Assembly: GCA_965202585.1 (NCBI GenBank)
Contig: OZ241832.1
Coordinates: forward strand, 36,394,001 to 36,458,000
Source: Thalia democratica
Lineage: Eukaryota
Direction: 5' to 3'
Length of the DNA: 64,000 nucleotides
Position 1 is the first letter of the stretch. Each line of letters begins with the position of its first letter. The position numbers and the translations under genes are program-made. This document shows, in pieces, positions 1-12,500 of this stretch. Under the pieces are notes generated by a model. That model was not told the DNA's origin. It worked only from the letters and a program-made list of their open reading frames with translations, and did not search any database.

Positions 1-515
1 ATGCTTTGATTGTGTGAAAAGTAGATAAAAAAATGCGATGAACTTTCGCACCGAGCTCCTTTGGGATACAGTTTTTACAGTTACGCTTTGAAACTTTTGA
101 AAAAGATTAATCTATTTTAAAGAAATTTAATTTTTTAAATTCCTTGTTTACTCTCAATTTGTTTCAGAATTATCAGACCGTAATAAATGGTTTTATAATT
201 GCAATAAAGTATTTACTTTCAACTTGTCTAAACTTTTCTAAACCAATTTGTCTTTAATTTTTTGGTTTAAAAATGTACGCAGTATGAATACTTTTTAAAA
301 TATCTTTACAGTCAATTAAGGTTTATGTAAAAGTAGATTTATATCCAATTTTTAATATGCTTATCTAATTGAAACTTAAGTGTATATGGTGTATTAACAC
401 GAACAAATGTTGTTAAATTGACTTTATAAAACCTAATCTCATGTTTTTAACACTCAAAAACTCATTAAGATTGCAAAAGCTTGTGAAATGTTTACTGAAA
501 AGCCAACGACTTCAC

Positions 516-3500
516 CTGTCCGACTGAGAGTTGCTTCCGTCGTGTCGGTAGCTGATGATGTTGTTGTAGATGTCGCTCATGGTGAACGAAGTCACCGAAA
601 CCCCGTTCGATCTTTCAATCACCCCGTGACGTGGTTGGGACGTGATGAAAAAGTTCACTTCGTTTGACTGAAATACAAAGATTAATTTTAATTTGTGTTA
701 AAAACGAACAAAGTAAAGTTTTAATTCTAAGCATTGAAATTTGTGTGTTGAGTGATGAGTTAATAATTACGTTGGTGTCGGCGTCGACAGCTTTAAGTTG
801 GAATTCCGAGATGGTTTTCTTAACACCTTCCTGAACCCGTATTCCTGAGTTCTTGACAATCGGCAGGGAGTTGTCCACCGGAAGTATTGTGATGTAGAAC
901 GTTTGAGTAATCTGAAAAATATGCTGGTTTCTGTGACGTTTTTCGTTGCTAAAACATACTGCATGTACTTGTTCTAATAAGCTTAAAAGATGTTTAGTTA
1001 TTAATTTAGCTTGTTTCTTATTCTGTTATCTTATTTCTATTTATTAATTAATTTCTGTTATAAAATTATTTATCAAGGTTGTTCGCGGTAAAAACTTATT
1101 GCTTACAGAATTTGAGCCGTCAGAGACGTCAAAAACAATTTGATCTTCGGTTTGCGAAGTTTTGCTTGTGTGCTTGTACGAAATTTTCCCCAAACTCAAG
1201 TCTTTTTGGCTAAAGTTAGTAATTGAAGTGCCTACAAAAATACAAATTTAGTATTTAAAAACTTTAGAAATTATAAAATTGAATAAACGAAAACAAGTAC
1301 CTAAGTTATCAGCATTTTCCAGTCTACCAAGTTGGGGTGGTCTTATGACGTCATAGTATAATTTACCGGAATCGTCTGTTGCTAAAAGCTGATGGGTTGT
1401 AAGTACTGAGCTTTCTGCCTCATTAACGACCAGACCTTGAAAAATAGTTAAATTAGATATTTTATAACTTTAAAAAAATTTACACAAATATATTTGATGT
1501 TTTTTTACAAGAAACAACTTTTTTTATATTTTTCATTAAACGACATATCTTTATTAAAAAGTTTAAGTAGCTTTAAAATCCTTTAAACAGCTGAAACACA
1601 TCAAGTATTGAAATACTTTTGAATGAAGCTTCAGAGAATGTAATAAGTAATAATAATGAGTAATGTGTTGTATTAAGGTCAAGTACTTATCAAAGAAAGT
1701 CAAGTTGTATAAAATTAGAAAGCTTATAGAGTCAATCAGTTTGATGCTTTCCAGGTCCAAGGGTTTACAAACAACTCTTTTTATCCCACGCGTAACAGTA
1801 GGCGACTGTGTTTTGAAACTAACTAAATCTACTTTATTTGGGTTATTTCTTACGCACTTGATGAACTAACAAACTTATTTTAAAACGCAACTTTGCAAAG
1901 CTACATTGTTCTTTACACAAACTTAATGAAAAGTGCTAAACGGGTTTCGTGCAGACAGCATGAATAAAAGCCCACTTAGATTTTCTAATGTCAAGTAAGA
2001 GGGAATAATGTGTGCTTTCAGCATCCATACCATGCGATGATGAGAAAATTACCTGGTAAACACGCACCACAAATGAAAGAAATAAAACGAGTAATAAGAA
2101 AACTTTAGAAAGTAGGCTAAAAACAAAACCATTAGATATTACATAAGCGCCGTAATGTCCAGTTAATGCATAATTAAGTAATGATCGATTGTTTTGCGAA
2201 TGCAAAGCTTCCTCAAACCATTAGCTTTTTGAGCTATAAATTATTACATTTGCAGTCGTTTTCTCTTATTAAAATATTTTGTCGCTATTGTTATGTTAAT
2301 ATGACCTTTCAAACTCGTTGTTAAATTCTTTAAAGTTATTGAGACATTTAATACAAAAAAAAAAACCTAGAAATATTTTGGACAACTTCTGTACTTGTTT
2401 ACTAAAAAACCATAATAGTTTCTATTTATTGGTACTTTTAAACTAAAAGCGACGCTTTCACTTACCGACATTGGTGATGATTCTAGGTTTAGAAGCATCG
2501 ACTCTGACAGATATCTTAAAGCTTTGATCATATGGACCGTTTACTACGTCATAACCGAATGAAATTGATTTCTCTTCATTACTTGAATCATGCTTGTAAC
2601 TTAAGAAACCTGAAATAATGATTTAAAAGCATTAATAAATTTTCGGATAAAAATTCTTTACGACTTAATTCAACTGATTTTTTGCTATCAGGCAGATGTA
2701 TGTTTTTATACAAACCTCTGTCAATGTCCTGCTGGGTGAATGAATTGTACTGCAGCGCTTGCGACGTGACATTGACCGTTTCGTCACCGGCCTTGAGTTG
2801 AAGAACGCCGGATTCCGGGTCACGTGTCATTATGAACCTCGCTGCTTCTTTTTCCGTGTCGCTTGTTGCTTGCAGGTTCTTCGACGTGATGACAGTGGTT
2901 GAGCCTGCCAACAACAACGTCAGTTATTTCCCATTTTATGCTTGCGCGTAAGAAAACAAGCCTAACTAGTGTTTTTTTTTAGTTTGTAAATGTTAATCAA
3001 ACCTCTGATTATACTTAATGGTTGGTTCTTGATGATAGAATAGCTTACGTCGTAGTCGTAATCGTATTCGTCGTAGGTGTGATCGTTTACTTCTTCTACT
3101 ACGTCATCAAACACTGGACCAACCTTGATGTTTTATTTTTCATTTATAACTTAATGAAGTGAAATTGCTAAAAGCAGTTGGATTTTTTTTTAACTTACAT
3201 CAATTTCTACTTGCCCATTTGTTTTTGTGAAACCGTTATTAAGTGTGAAGCTTAGGACATCTCTCCTAATCCGGCGTGATTTTGATGATCCATGGTCTCC
3301 ACCACTTTCGTAAACTATTTTGCCGTCCAAAATATCCTTTTATAAAATTATTTATTATTCAAATAAACCTTTTTATCAAAAAAAAACTGTTATTAAACTG
3401 ATGTTAAATGTAAAATAAATAAGATTATACTTTGAATTAGCAAGTCAAAACGATGTAGACTTTGTAAAATAATAAAGCAAAAATTGCTCCATTGTTGTTT

Positions 3501-6500
3501 ATAAAAAATCATTATGAGATAAAAAAGCTCAAGTTTGTCGCTTAACCCCAATGCATTGCTATTAAAGCGCGCAATTTACGGCTTCCACCGACTGAAAATT
3601 GCTGGCTCTTTCTCGGGTAAACAAACACTCGAGTTAGCAAGCACGTTAACCAACATGAGTCAGACTGATAAAACCGGATGAAATTTTACAAATTGTTTGC
3701 ACAACCAAAGGTCGTAAAACTAATATAAACTGATTTATGACTAAAACAAATTTCTTGTAAGAGCGAAAAATTCTCAAAAAACTGCGTAGTAAAAATTATT
3801 TATAACTACAGGTTGTCTTTTTTACGACTGAGACGCTAGTCTTGTTTGCTGTTTTTAATTAAAATTTTGTGTATTAAACTTTGAAGAGGCAGAGAACAAG
3901 CTCACTTCACTCACCTGATAAGTGAAAGTCGATCCAACCGTCAACAACCGCTTTCTCTCCCTCGAGTCTTCTGCAAAAATAAATAGAAAATAAAATAAAG
4001 TACACCGTGCAGCGTCGTCTCAAGTGCTTTTTCGCTGCGCCACGGGTGAGAAAAGGCGTCCGGTGGGAAACGCGGGCTAGCAAGCTTATTTGAGCAAATA
4101 TACACGACACTCTCTAGCGCAAGCCGAAAGTGACTTGTACTTGAGTGCGGCTGTGAGTGAAAAAAAACTGCGTTTGAGTTTGGGGGCATTCAAGGGCAGT
4201 GTGAGCGTTGTTGTAATAAAACGCCGCTCAGCCCCAGCAGACGAGGCTTGCTCGTTGCCAGTTTGCTTTTAATAACTTGTACAGTTTTGAGTGGCTCAGG
4301 TGCTTCAGAAAATTGTAAATCTCAAGCACGCCAAAGCCCAGACTCAAAAGTTCTCGAGTCTTTTGTCAGTAAACAATAACAAGATGTGCTTTGTTTACTT
4401 AAAAACGTAATAATGAAAAATATTAGTCTATAAAAATAACTAATGAGTGAAACTATCTTTAAGTAATTTATGAAACCAAACAGTTATCCTTAAAATATAT
4501 TAGATTTTAACGTTCTTACCAGAGCTGATAAGTAGTTTTCCTTCATCTGGCAACGAGTTAATGGTTATCACCAAGTAGTTAGGCGGAATTGCATCGTCAA
4601 TTCTCAAGGTGTTCTGGTTTATTTTCACTGTAGACCCTCTGTTTACCGACAGTGAGCGGACAGTGAGCACCGGAGCTGGTTTTTCTGCTTTCTGCAAACA
4701 CACATTGTGCTGTTTTTACATTTGCATAAACTAGCAAGCCAAAAGGCTCTTAAGGAATACAAAAACTTGTTTGTTTTGTAGTATCTAAAAAAACTGGTTT
4801 AAAAACAGCGCGCTGTAAACAAACTTAACGCGTTAACTTTATATTTTAATTATAAGCTGTTATGTTATAAGCTACTGTGAAAATCGCGTATCGCAAAAGG
4901 CGAGGTATGCTAAATCGCGTTTGTCTGACCGAGCTCGAATAATCCCCGCTACCCACACTAAAATCTCGCGCTTAGCCCTTTCGATACGATTTTCCCGGAT
5001 AATAAAGCTGAAATTGCTGAAACCGAAAACTGCCGTCGAGATGTTTTTCGACAGAAATTTTTAATAAAGAAGTAATTTTTAAAAAGTGATTGACTCGTTA
5101 CAAATTGTGTAGTTCGTGAAGAAAAATTTGCTTTTAATATAGCATAATAACGGTGATTAAAGTATTGCGTTTCGGACCGCTGGAAAAATGGTATTCAATG
5201 GTTTGCAGCACATATTGTAGAGCTGATGCGGTAATAATTAATTGCGTATTAACATGGAATGCGGTCTGATAACTACACGACTATTATGACGCAACCGTGG
5301 CACGCCACCAAGCTCGTGTCATTTGCAATTGTAACATTAGCATATTTTTTGGAACGTTCAGCTTATGTACTTTCCTGTAGAGCTTAAACGCACTTTTGGA
5401 ACGGTCGAAGAGAACAATTACGAGTTTAAGTTCAAAAAAAAAAGTAAGCTTTCAAACAAACAGAGTTGCAAAACACGTTGCGCAACGAACCAGTATGACG
5501 ATGTCGACTTGCTGGCGGCTCGATACGTCGTACCCGTCGGTGGCGTGGTAAGTGAACGAATCGGTCGCGTTCGCGTCATAGTTGACGTCACCCGCCATCC
5601 GGTACATCACCTCCCCTTTTTCCAGGTCTTCTAACGAGAACCTCATCAGGCCGCCCCCTTCATGCTCCCCTGAAAATATTGAAATATTAAAAAAAAAAAA
5701 AATATTTTATTTTTTGAACATTTTTTTTTTTGAAACAAAACTTCACCAAGACAAGGACTTTAACGCGTGAAAACGTTTTTCCTACCTTCGCGACCAACGA
5801 TGGTGCCCAGCGTCGGGTTGCTGTCGATGATGATTTCGACCTGCGCCAAGCCGGAGTCCTCGTCGAATACGTTGAAGTGCTCGCGGGTCAGAATCGTCGC
5901 GTAGATGTCCGGGTACACCTGGTGCAGTTGTTTGTAGTTGTTAAGTTCTTTGTTAGATAAAAAAAGAGATTTATTTTTTTAAACATTCAAGTTGTATTTT
6001 TATGTAAGTTTTAAATTTATTTAAAGATATAATCGATTAGATAAAGTTTTTACTGAAAAATTGTTTTTGGTATACGTATTTTTTGATCAAAGTTATTTGA
6101 CAACTTTCAATAACATCAATCATTTAAAGTGCCTAATTGCCATGAAATTGAAGATTTAAGCAAAATTAATAGTATGAACTAATTCAATAACTTTCAATTT
6201 ATTATTAAAAGATTAAAAGTTTACGGTGACTTTAGCGAAACTAATTTGCAGAAAGCTGTTTATTTAGGTAAGATAATTGTTGTGCAGCTTGAGATAAAAT
6301 CACAGGTGGCAACAAGAGCTCATGAGAAAGTTTGAACGTGTTGAAAAGATGATTTATAAGTTTAATTTAAAGAGTAATGTTGATAAAACGTGATTTAGCT
6401 GTTCAATTCCACCTTTGAGATGCGATGATTTCAAAGCAATTATGTCTCAAACAACATTGTAATACATTTGATAAGAAATCTTTCAACGGGCGCGCACAGC

Positions 6501-9500
6501 TTACAGCAAAGAAAAACAAAGTTAGCAATCTTATATTTATTCAACTGCTTAATATTTATAAAAGTTATTGTCGCACCAAATAATAGTTTGAAAAAGTACC
6601 ATTATTATTTATACTCTAACATTTTCGAGCTTTTCTTCAACATAACGACTTCATAATTCGCCGTCACTTTAGCATTAACGCAAAACAAATTACCATAAAT
6701 CAAACTTTTTCGATCACGCTAACAACCGGCCATCATAACTTAAATTTATTTATCGTGCAAACACCACTATACAGAGTTCAGACACCATCAAAGGGTCAAC
6801 TGACCAGCACGTGGTTGCCGGAGCCTACTGTCGGGGCGCGATTCCTTATGGCTTCAATCGAAATGGCCATCTTCTGATTCTGAATCCGGTTGCCGAGCTT
6901 GTCCGCCACCGAGAAGTCGATGGAATCCGTCAGAGTTGCTTCCTTTCCGTCCTCGTGCGACGAGAATCTGTATTTTTTTAATATATTTTTTTAAACTTAA
7001 TTTAAATAAAAATATTTGAATTTTTTAATAAAGTTTTCTAAAGCGTTGTTTAAATTCAATAGCTGTGAAACTCAACTCCCTGAAAAGATAATTAAGAGCA
7101 ACGGTAAGTATATTAAATTCCGCTGGTCTAGGCTTACACTTAATGTAGCAACGAGCGTGATAACTACGCGAATTACCCAATTTCAATTTCAACTTACATG
7201 ATAAACCCGTTGTTAATGTCCGACTGAGTGAAAAAGCTTCCTCTCGCGAGCAGGCCTTTGATTTTGTGCGCCAGCTCGCCGGTGGAGGCCATGGACTCCA
7301 GGTAGAAAATGACCTGCGATCAAAGAATTAATTAAACCGCTTGTAATTCAACAGTTTGTTGTTAACGTTGATGAAATTAAGGCGTGACTTTGAAAAATAT
7401 CTAACAAAGTGCAATGATATGAGTCAGCTTCAATTTCACGATATCAAGTTTCGAGCGTTTTTGTATATATAAAACTTAATTAAAACGCTGTAGATATCTT
7501 GTTTTACGGAGCTTAAAGTGTTTAGGATGAAATTTCTATGAAAAAGTTATCAATCATTTGTTGTAAATTTAAAAGTTTAATAAAATTCTTTATAAGTTAG
7601 TACTTTTATCTACGAAAAAATAAAAGTTTTGTATGTAAACAAACATAAATTCAAAGCCCTAATGTCTTTGCATAAAGTTCTAACTGATTTTAAAACTGTA
7701 AAGTTATTTTTAAATGCACATTAAAAATCAATCACCTCTTAGCATTCTAGCTTTTAATATAAATAATAGAAATCGTAAACCTGTCAATTTAAATACCTTT
7801 TAGTTTATGCTAAAAGTTTGACAAATTGACTTAAAATAACTTTATCAGTAAGAAAAATTTAATCGTTTATATTATCTAAATATTCAAAAGAAATTTTAGT
7901 CTAACTTTTATATTTTTATAATGTTTATGTTATCTTAAATCATTTAAAGTTTGTTATAAAGAGGATATTTACTTATCGATTCGCTTAAGTGTTTGTAAAG
8001 TAACAAGTAGCGAGTTTAGAAACTAAGGTTTAAGTTATCTAACTTTGTTTTACTTTATCATAAAAGTCTACCTCATAATCCTCTGAGTCTTGGTCAATAT
8101 ACGCCAGGTGTTCACGGGTAATAACTTTTTCTTCACTACCTTGGACAACCAAAGACAACTCAGTTTCGGGGTCTGGTTCTGGCCCGTTATGGTCAACTTT
8201 GGCTATAGAAACCTAAAAATTTAAGCAGTTTTTTTTAACTAAAACACAAACTCTGCAAAAAATAGTTTATAGTTTAACAAAAGAATGCGAAAAAAGTACT
8301 TGTTAAAAACTTAAGCATAAATGTTGACTTAGTGCTGACAGAAAGAACATAGTTTATATTTTATCCTGTCAAGCATGCCAGCTAATAAAAGTGAAGATCA
8401 CTTAAGTATTTCTTTGTTTATAAAAGCCATCGTTGTACTCTGTTTGCAAGAAGCTAATTAAAGTACTAAATACCAAAAGATTTGATTATTTTGATGTGTT
8501 GGCTTACAACAACGAGACAAGTCAAACAAACAGAGAGAAATGAAAACAAAATGTTTTGACACACGATACAATGCCGAGTTGCGCAAACAAAGAAACGACT
8601 GACTTGAACGAGTTTCGATATCTGATTAGTTCCGTCGGTGACGCTTATTTGGAACTGGTCGGACCTCGGGCCCACTCCGCCGTGGTAAGAATACTGCAGC
8701 TTGCCATCGGTAATCTAATTTCAAAGTTTATTTGTTACGTTTTGTTTGTTTTGACCCTTTCACAATAGTCTACGCAGATAATAAAGTTTGCTTGTTGAAA
8801 GTATTTCAATTCTTTTTTTACAAAAAAGCAGATTTACATTTACAACATGTACAAAATGTTGTAAAAACTAAATATTTAAGCAAAGTCCTTAAAACAAATT
8901 AAAACTGAGTTTAACTCTATTTCTATAAATTTGATGACTTTTATTTTTCATTCAAACAAATTGTTAACAAAGTAGTAGCAACATACATCTCTGTACGTGA
9001 ATCTGTCTCCCCTTTTCAATTTGGTTTCTCGTTCTCCGCGGTCGATTTTAACGATGTTTCCGTGGTTTGGAGAATTCAGGAGCGAAAACACGAGATCGTC
9101 TGGACTCGTGTCGGCATCTCTGATACTCAGCTGTCGTGTACCTGTTTTGTTTTAAAGTTTTGAAAAAACAATAAAATTACTTTTATAATTAAAATTCTTA
9201 TTTACTTACTCAGAAAAACAAATTGTAGCATAAAGCTTTCAGGCGTCGCTTTAACAAAATTTATCATACAAAAAATTTGCAAAAAAAGTTTAAAGCAAAA
9301 TTTTTTATTTAATTAAGTATTCAAACATATCATTATTTTGTTTATAAGCTTTGAAACCGTAAGTATTAATTGGCGTGGAACTTCTATATCGAAATACTTT
9401 TGATATATACTGTTTACTAAATGTTTTAATAATAAAGTAATTAAGCTTAATCGTGTGAACGTAAACATACCAAAGTTTATTTTTTATTGAGAAGGCAGTG

Positions 9501-12500
9501 AAATAAAAACTACACCTCATCATTTTTCAACTGATTAAAGAATGAAAAAGGGGCATTATTGGTAGTTAATGTACCGTAACACTAAAGTCTTCGAAAATCC
9601 ACTTAACGCTTTTCTTTCTTAAAAATATCAGCCGGTAATTTAGTAACCGTGCTACCTTTGGTCGTATTAAACGCTACATTTAACGCTTTCAGGCCCCCTT
9701 TCCACAAGCGCAGATGGCACTTGGATTACAACGATGCCCAATGGAAGCTTATCAGTGTGCAAATAAACACGCGTCAAAGTGATTCATCGCAAGCGATCGC
9801 CAAGGGTACTTGTTGCGGTCGCTTCGCCATTACACGGCCTAACGCCCGTCTACGCTAATAGCTTTTCGCTTTGTTTGGCGTGGATTGCGAACGAAAAGTA
9901 GCTTTCGGGATTTGGTACCGCACTGTCAGGTTTACTGACAACTGACTCTTTACATCAAAAGACGGCTGATTGAACGGGCGTCTCACGGCTGAATACACGG
10001 TTTGAATTTGGAGTTCAATGGGCGGTAAAATTTGCATAAACACGATAAGGTTTGTTACAATTAATCAAACTTTTTTTTCACTTAGTGTCACATACGTTTT
10101 AATTTAACACAGATACAATCTACAGCAAATAGTTTATCAATTATCCAAATTAGCTGCTTATCAGCCCATTAGCACCGCGATCAATCAACAACTTTTTTTT
10201 CGAATTTCTTAACGAAAACTAACACACTTAAAAAAGCGATCTGTTAAACTAGCATCCTGTTTTACTTAACAATAAAAACTTTATAACTCACCCACGGTGG
10301 CCTTTCCGTCCCTGGAAATTTCAAGCACGGCGTCCTGGTGCATGAACACCGGGGGGTGGTTTTCTTGGGGACGGAGGGGTGCCTGAGCCTTGTTGGAAGG
10401 CGGCACGTCGGTCTGGAAGGTGAAGTTTTTCGCCGGAAGCAAGTGCTTGCCGTCTGAAACGGTGAAGGTGAACGAGAACTGCGGAGGCAATCTGTCACAA
10501 TTTTATTTTTATATTTCACTTAAATTCGCAGTTGGTAGTTGAGCGCAAATAAAAAAAACCATTACGCCCAAGTTAACACTTTAAAAAAAGTTGTTTTCTT
10601 AGCAGTAATTATTTGTATAAACAGTCTGAGAATGCATTGTGCGCAAGTTTTAATTCGGCCGATAATAACTTTTGCACCTATTGATTACTAAATCAAAGAC
10701 AAAGAGCTTGTGGAAATATTTGACCGAATGAAGATAAACGATCGTACACTTTTATTGTTATCTATCGTGTGGTCGTTAACAACGATAAAATAACTTTTTT
10801 TCTCAGCCGGTGGTATACTAAAGCTCTTTTATTTTATTTATGTTTTATTAACGAGTTTGTAAATGTCAAGTGGAGGTCAGAAAGCTGTTTATAACTTGCA
10901 TGTGTAACGTGCAAACAATTCATTAACCGCGAAGCTTCTTTCATTGCAAGCAGAATTAAAAATTTTATTGCTTTATTAAAGCTCCAGTCGTAATAAACTT
11001 TGAAATTACACGAAAACCCATTAAGGTGCTTGTGCTCGGCTAAAAAACAGATTCGAACTCATTCATTATTTCCTTTTACAAAACATCAAGTTAAGAACTT
11101 ATTTTCCTCGCAGCGCTAACATAAATAATACAGAACTCGAGGTACTGATGTTTTTATTGTTTTTTTTTACTCACGGGTTCGTGGGGTGGAAGGAAGACTG
11201 GGACCGGGTCGTTCGAGACGAGGGCGGTCTGTAAAATATTTTGTTTGCGTCCACGTCGGCTTGCGTGAACATCTGGACCGGAACGTAAGGGTGGTCCGCG
11301 TGCTCTATCGTTCCCAAGCGGTAAGGCAGTGGCCTGTTTGTTTTATACAAATCTCAAACAGCTAAACAAAAGTCGTTTCGTGACAGTTTATCGTTTTAAA
11401 TTTATGTTCAATTTCAAAATAGAACTAATCAACATTTTCTTCATGAAACCACACTCACTCGGTGATGTTGTACAGAATGTTGCGTTCGGTGGTGTCGTGG
11501 TCCACGAACTGCAGGTACCCGTTGTGGAGGACGTTGGGCCTGGTCGTGTCCGTGATGACGAACGCGCGGTTGCTGGCCGTGTTCCTGGTCGGAAACGGCG
11601 CCTCGTTGTTCTCGTGCGAGGACACCACCTTCAAGTTGGACTGTGCGATGCGGGCCGGTGGAGACCTGGACTCGTCGTAAACCTGTAAAAATTAGCAGAT
11701 TTTAACATAATAAGTTTTTTGTATTAAATTTCTACTGAGAACTGCTAGTTAACAAAGTTTTCTTTTGTGCCTCTGATATTCAATCACGCCGCAGTGGTAA
11801 ACAAAATATTTCTAAACCGTTTTTAGCAACTAAGACTTTGCTTGATGTCATCAATCGGTTCGCGCACCCGCAGCGTCTCGCAAACGCCGTGCCAAAAGTT
11901 CAGCGTTGGCATGTCTTACCGCTCCTTTTGTTTTCCGTCACTCATTGTTGAGGCCTGCTGCAAAAACAGAAAGCTGCAGAAGCCCGAACAATGCGTTGGT
12001 GGCGTGAAAATTTTCCTTGAAACAAAAGTCGTGCACAACACCAATCGAGACTACTTGCAGATAAGCTGCGATAAACAGCGCTTGAGAGGAGGCCAAACCG
12101 CTTTTTGACCGCGCTGTGAATTAAAAAGTAATATTTATGCGAGAAAGCGACGCTCAAACAAGATATAAGCGTAAGTCGACAATCAGCAGTTGCAGCAGGG
12201 ACCACCCACTCAGAGGGTCGTGAACAGAATCGCAAAAATGCTGCTGCCGTAGCGGCTTTTGATGGTAACTCGCAAAAACATGCTTGCTATGCGAATGACC
12301 TGTTTATCGCCAAACCGCATCTAAAGCTTATTAAAAATTTATCAAGAGCTTTGCCGCGCCGCAAGGTCACTGCAAGTGAAGTTTGCGAAACACAAGCATT
12401 AACGGAATTACTACACTCGCTTAGTGTTCTATTTAAATATTTAGCACATAACTTGAACAGTAAGTTTGAGCGGAGAAGATTATTTTAACCCTTTGAACTA

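Noticed and set aside
4805-4994. Two 12-bp palindromes (ACAGCGCGCTGT, TTAACGCGTTAA) and a 13-bp inverted repeat
   Set aside because: Too short to exclude chance in a CpG-rich intron block; no TSD and no second copy in the window.
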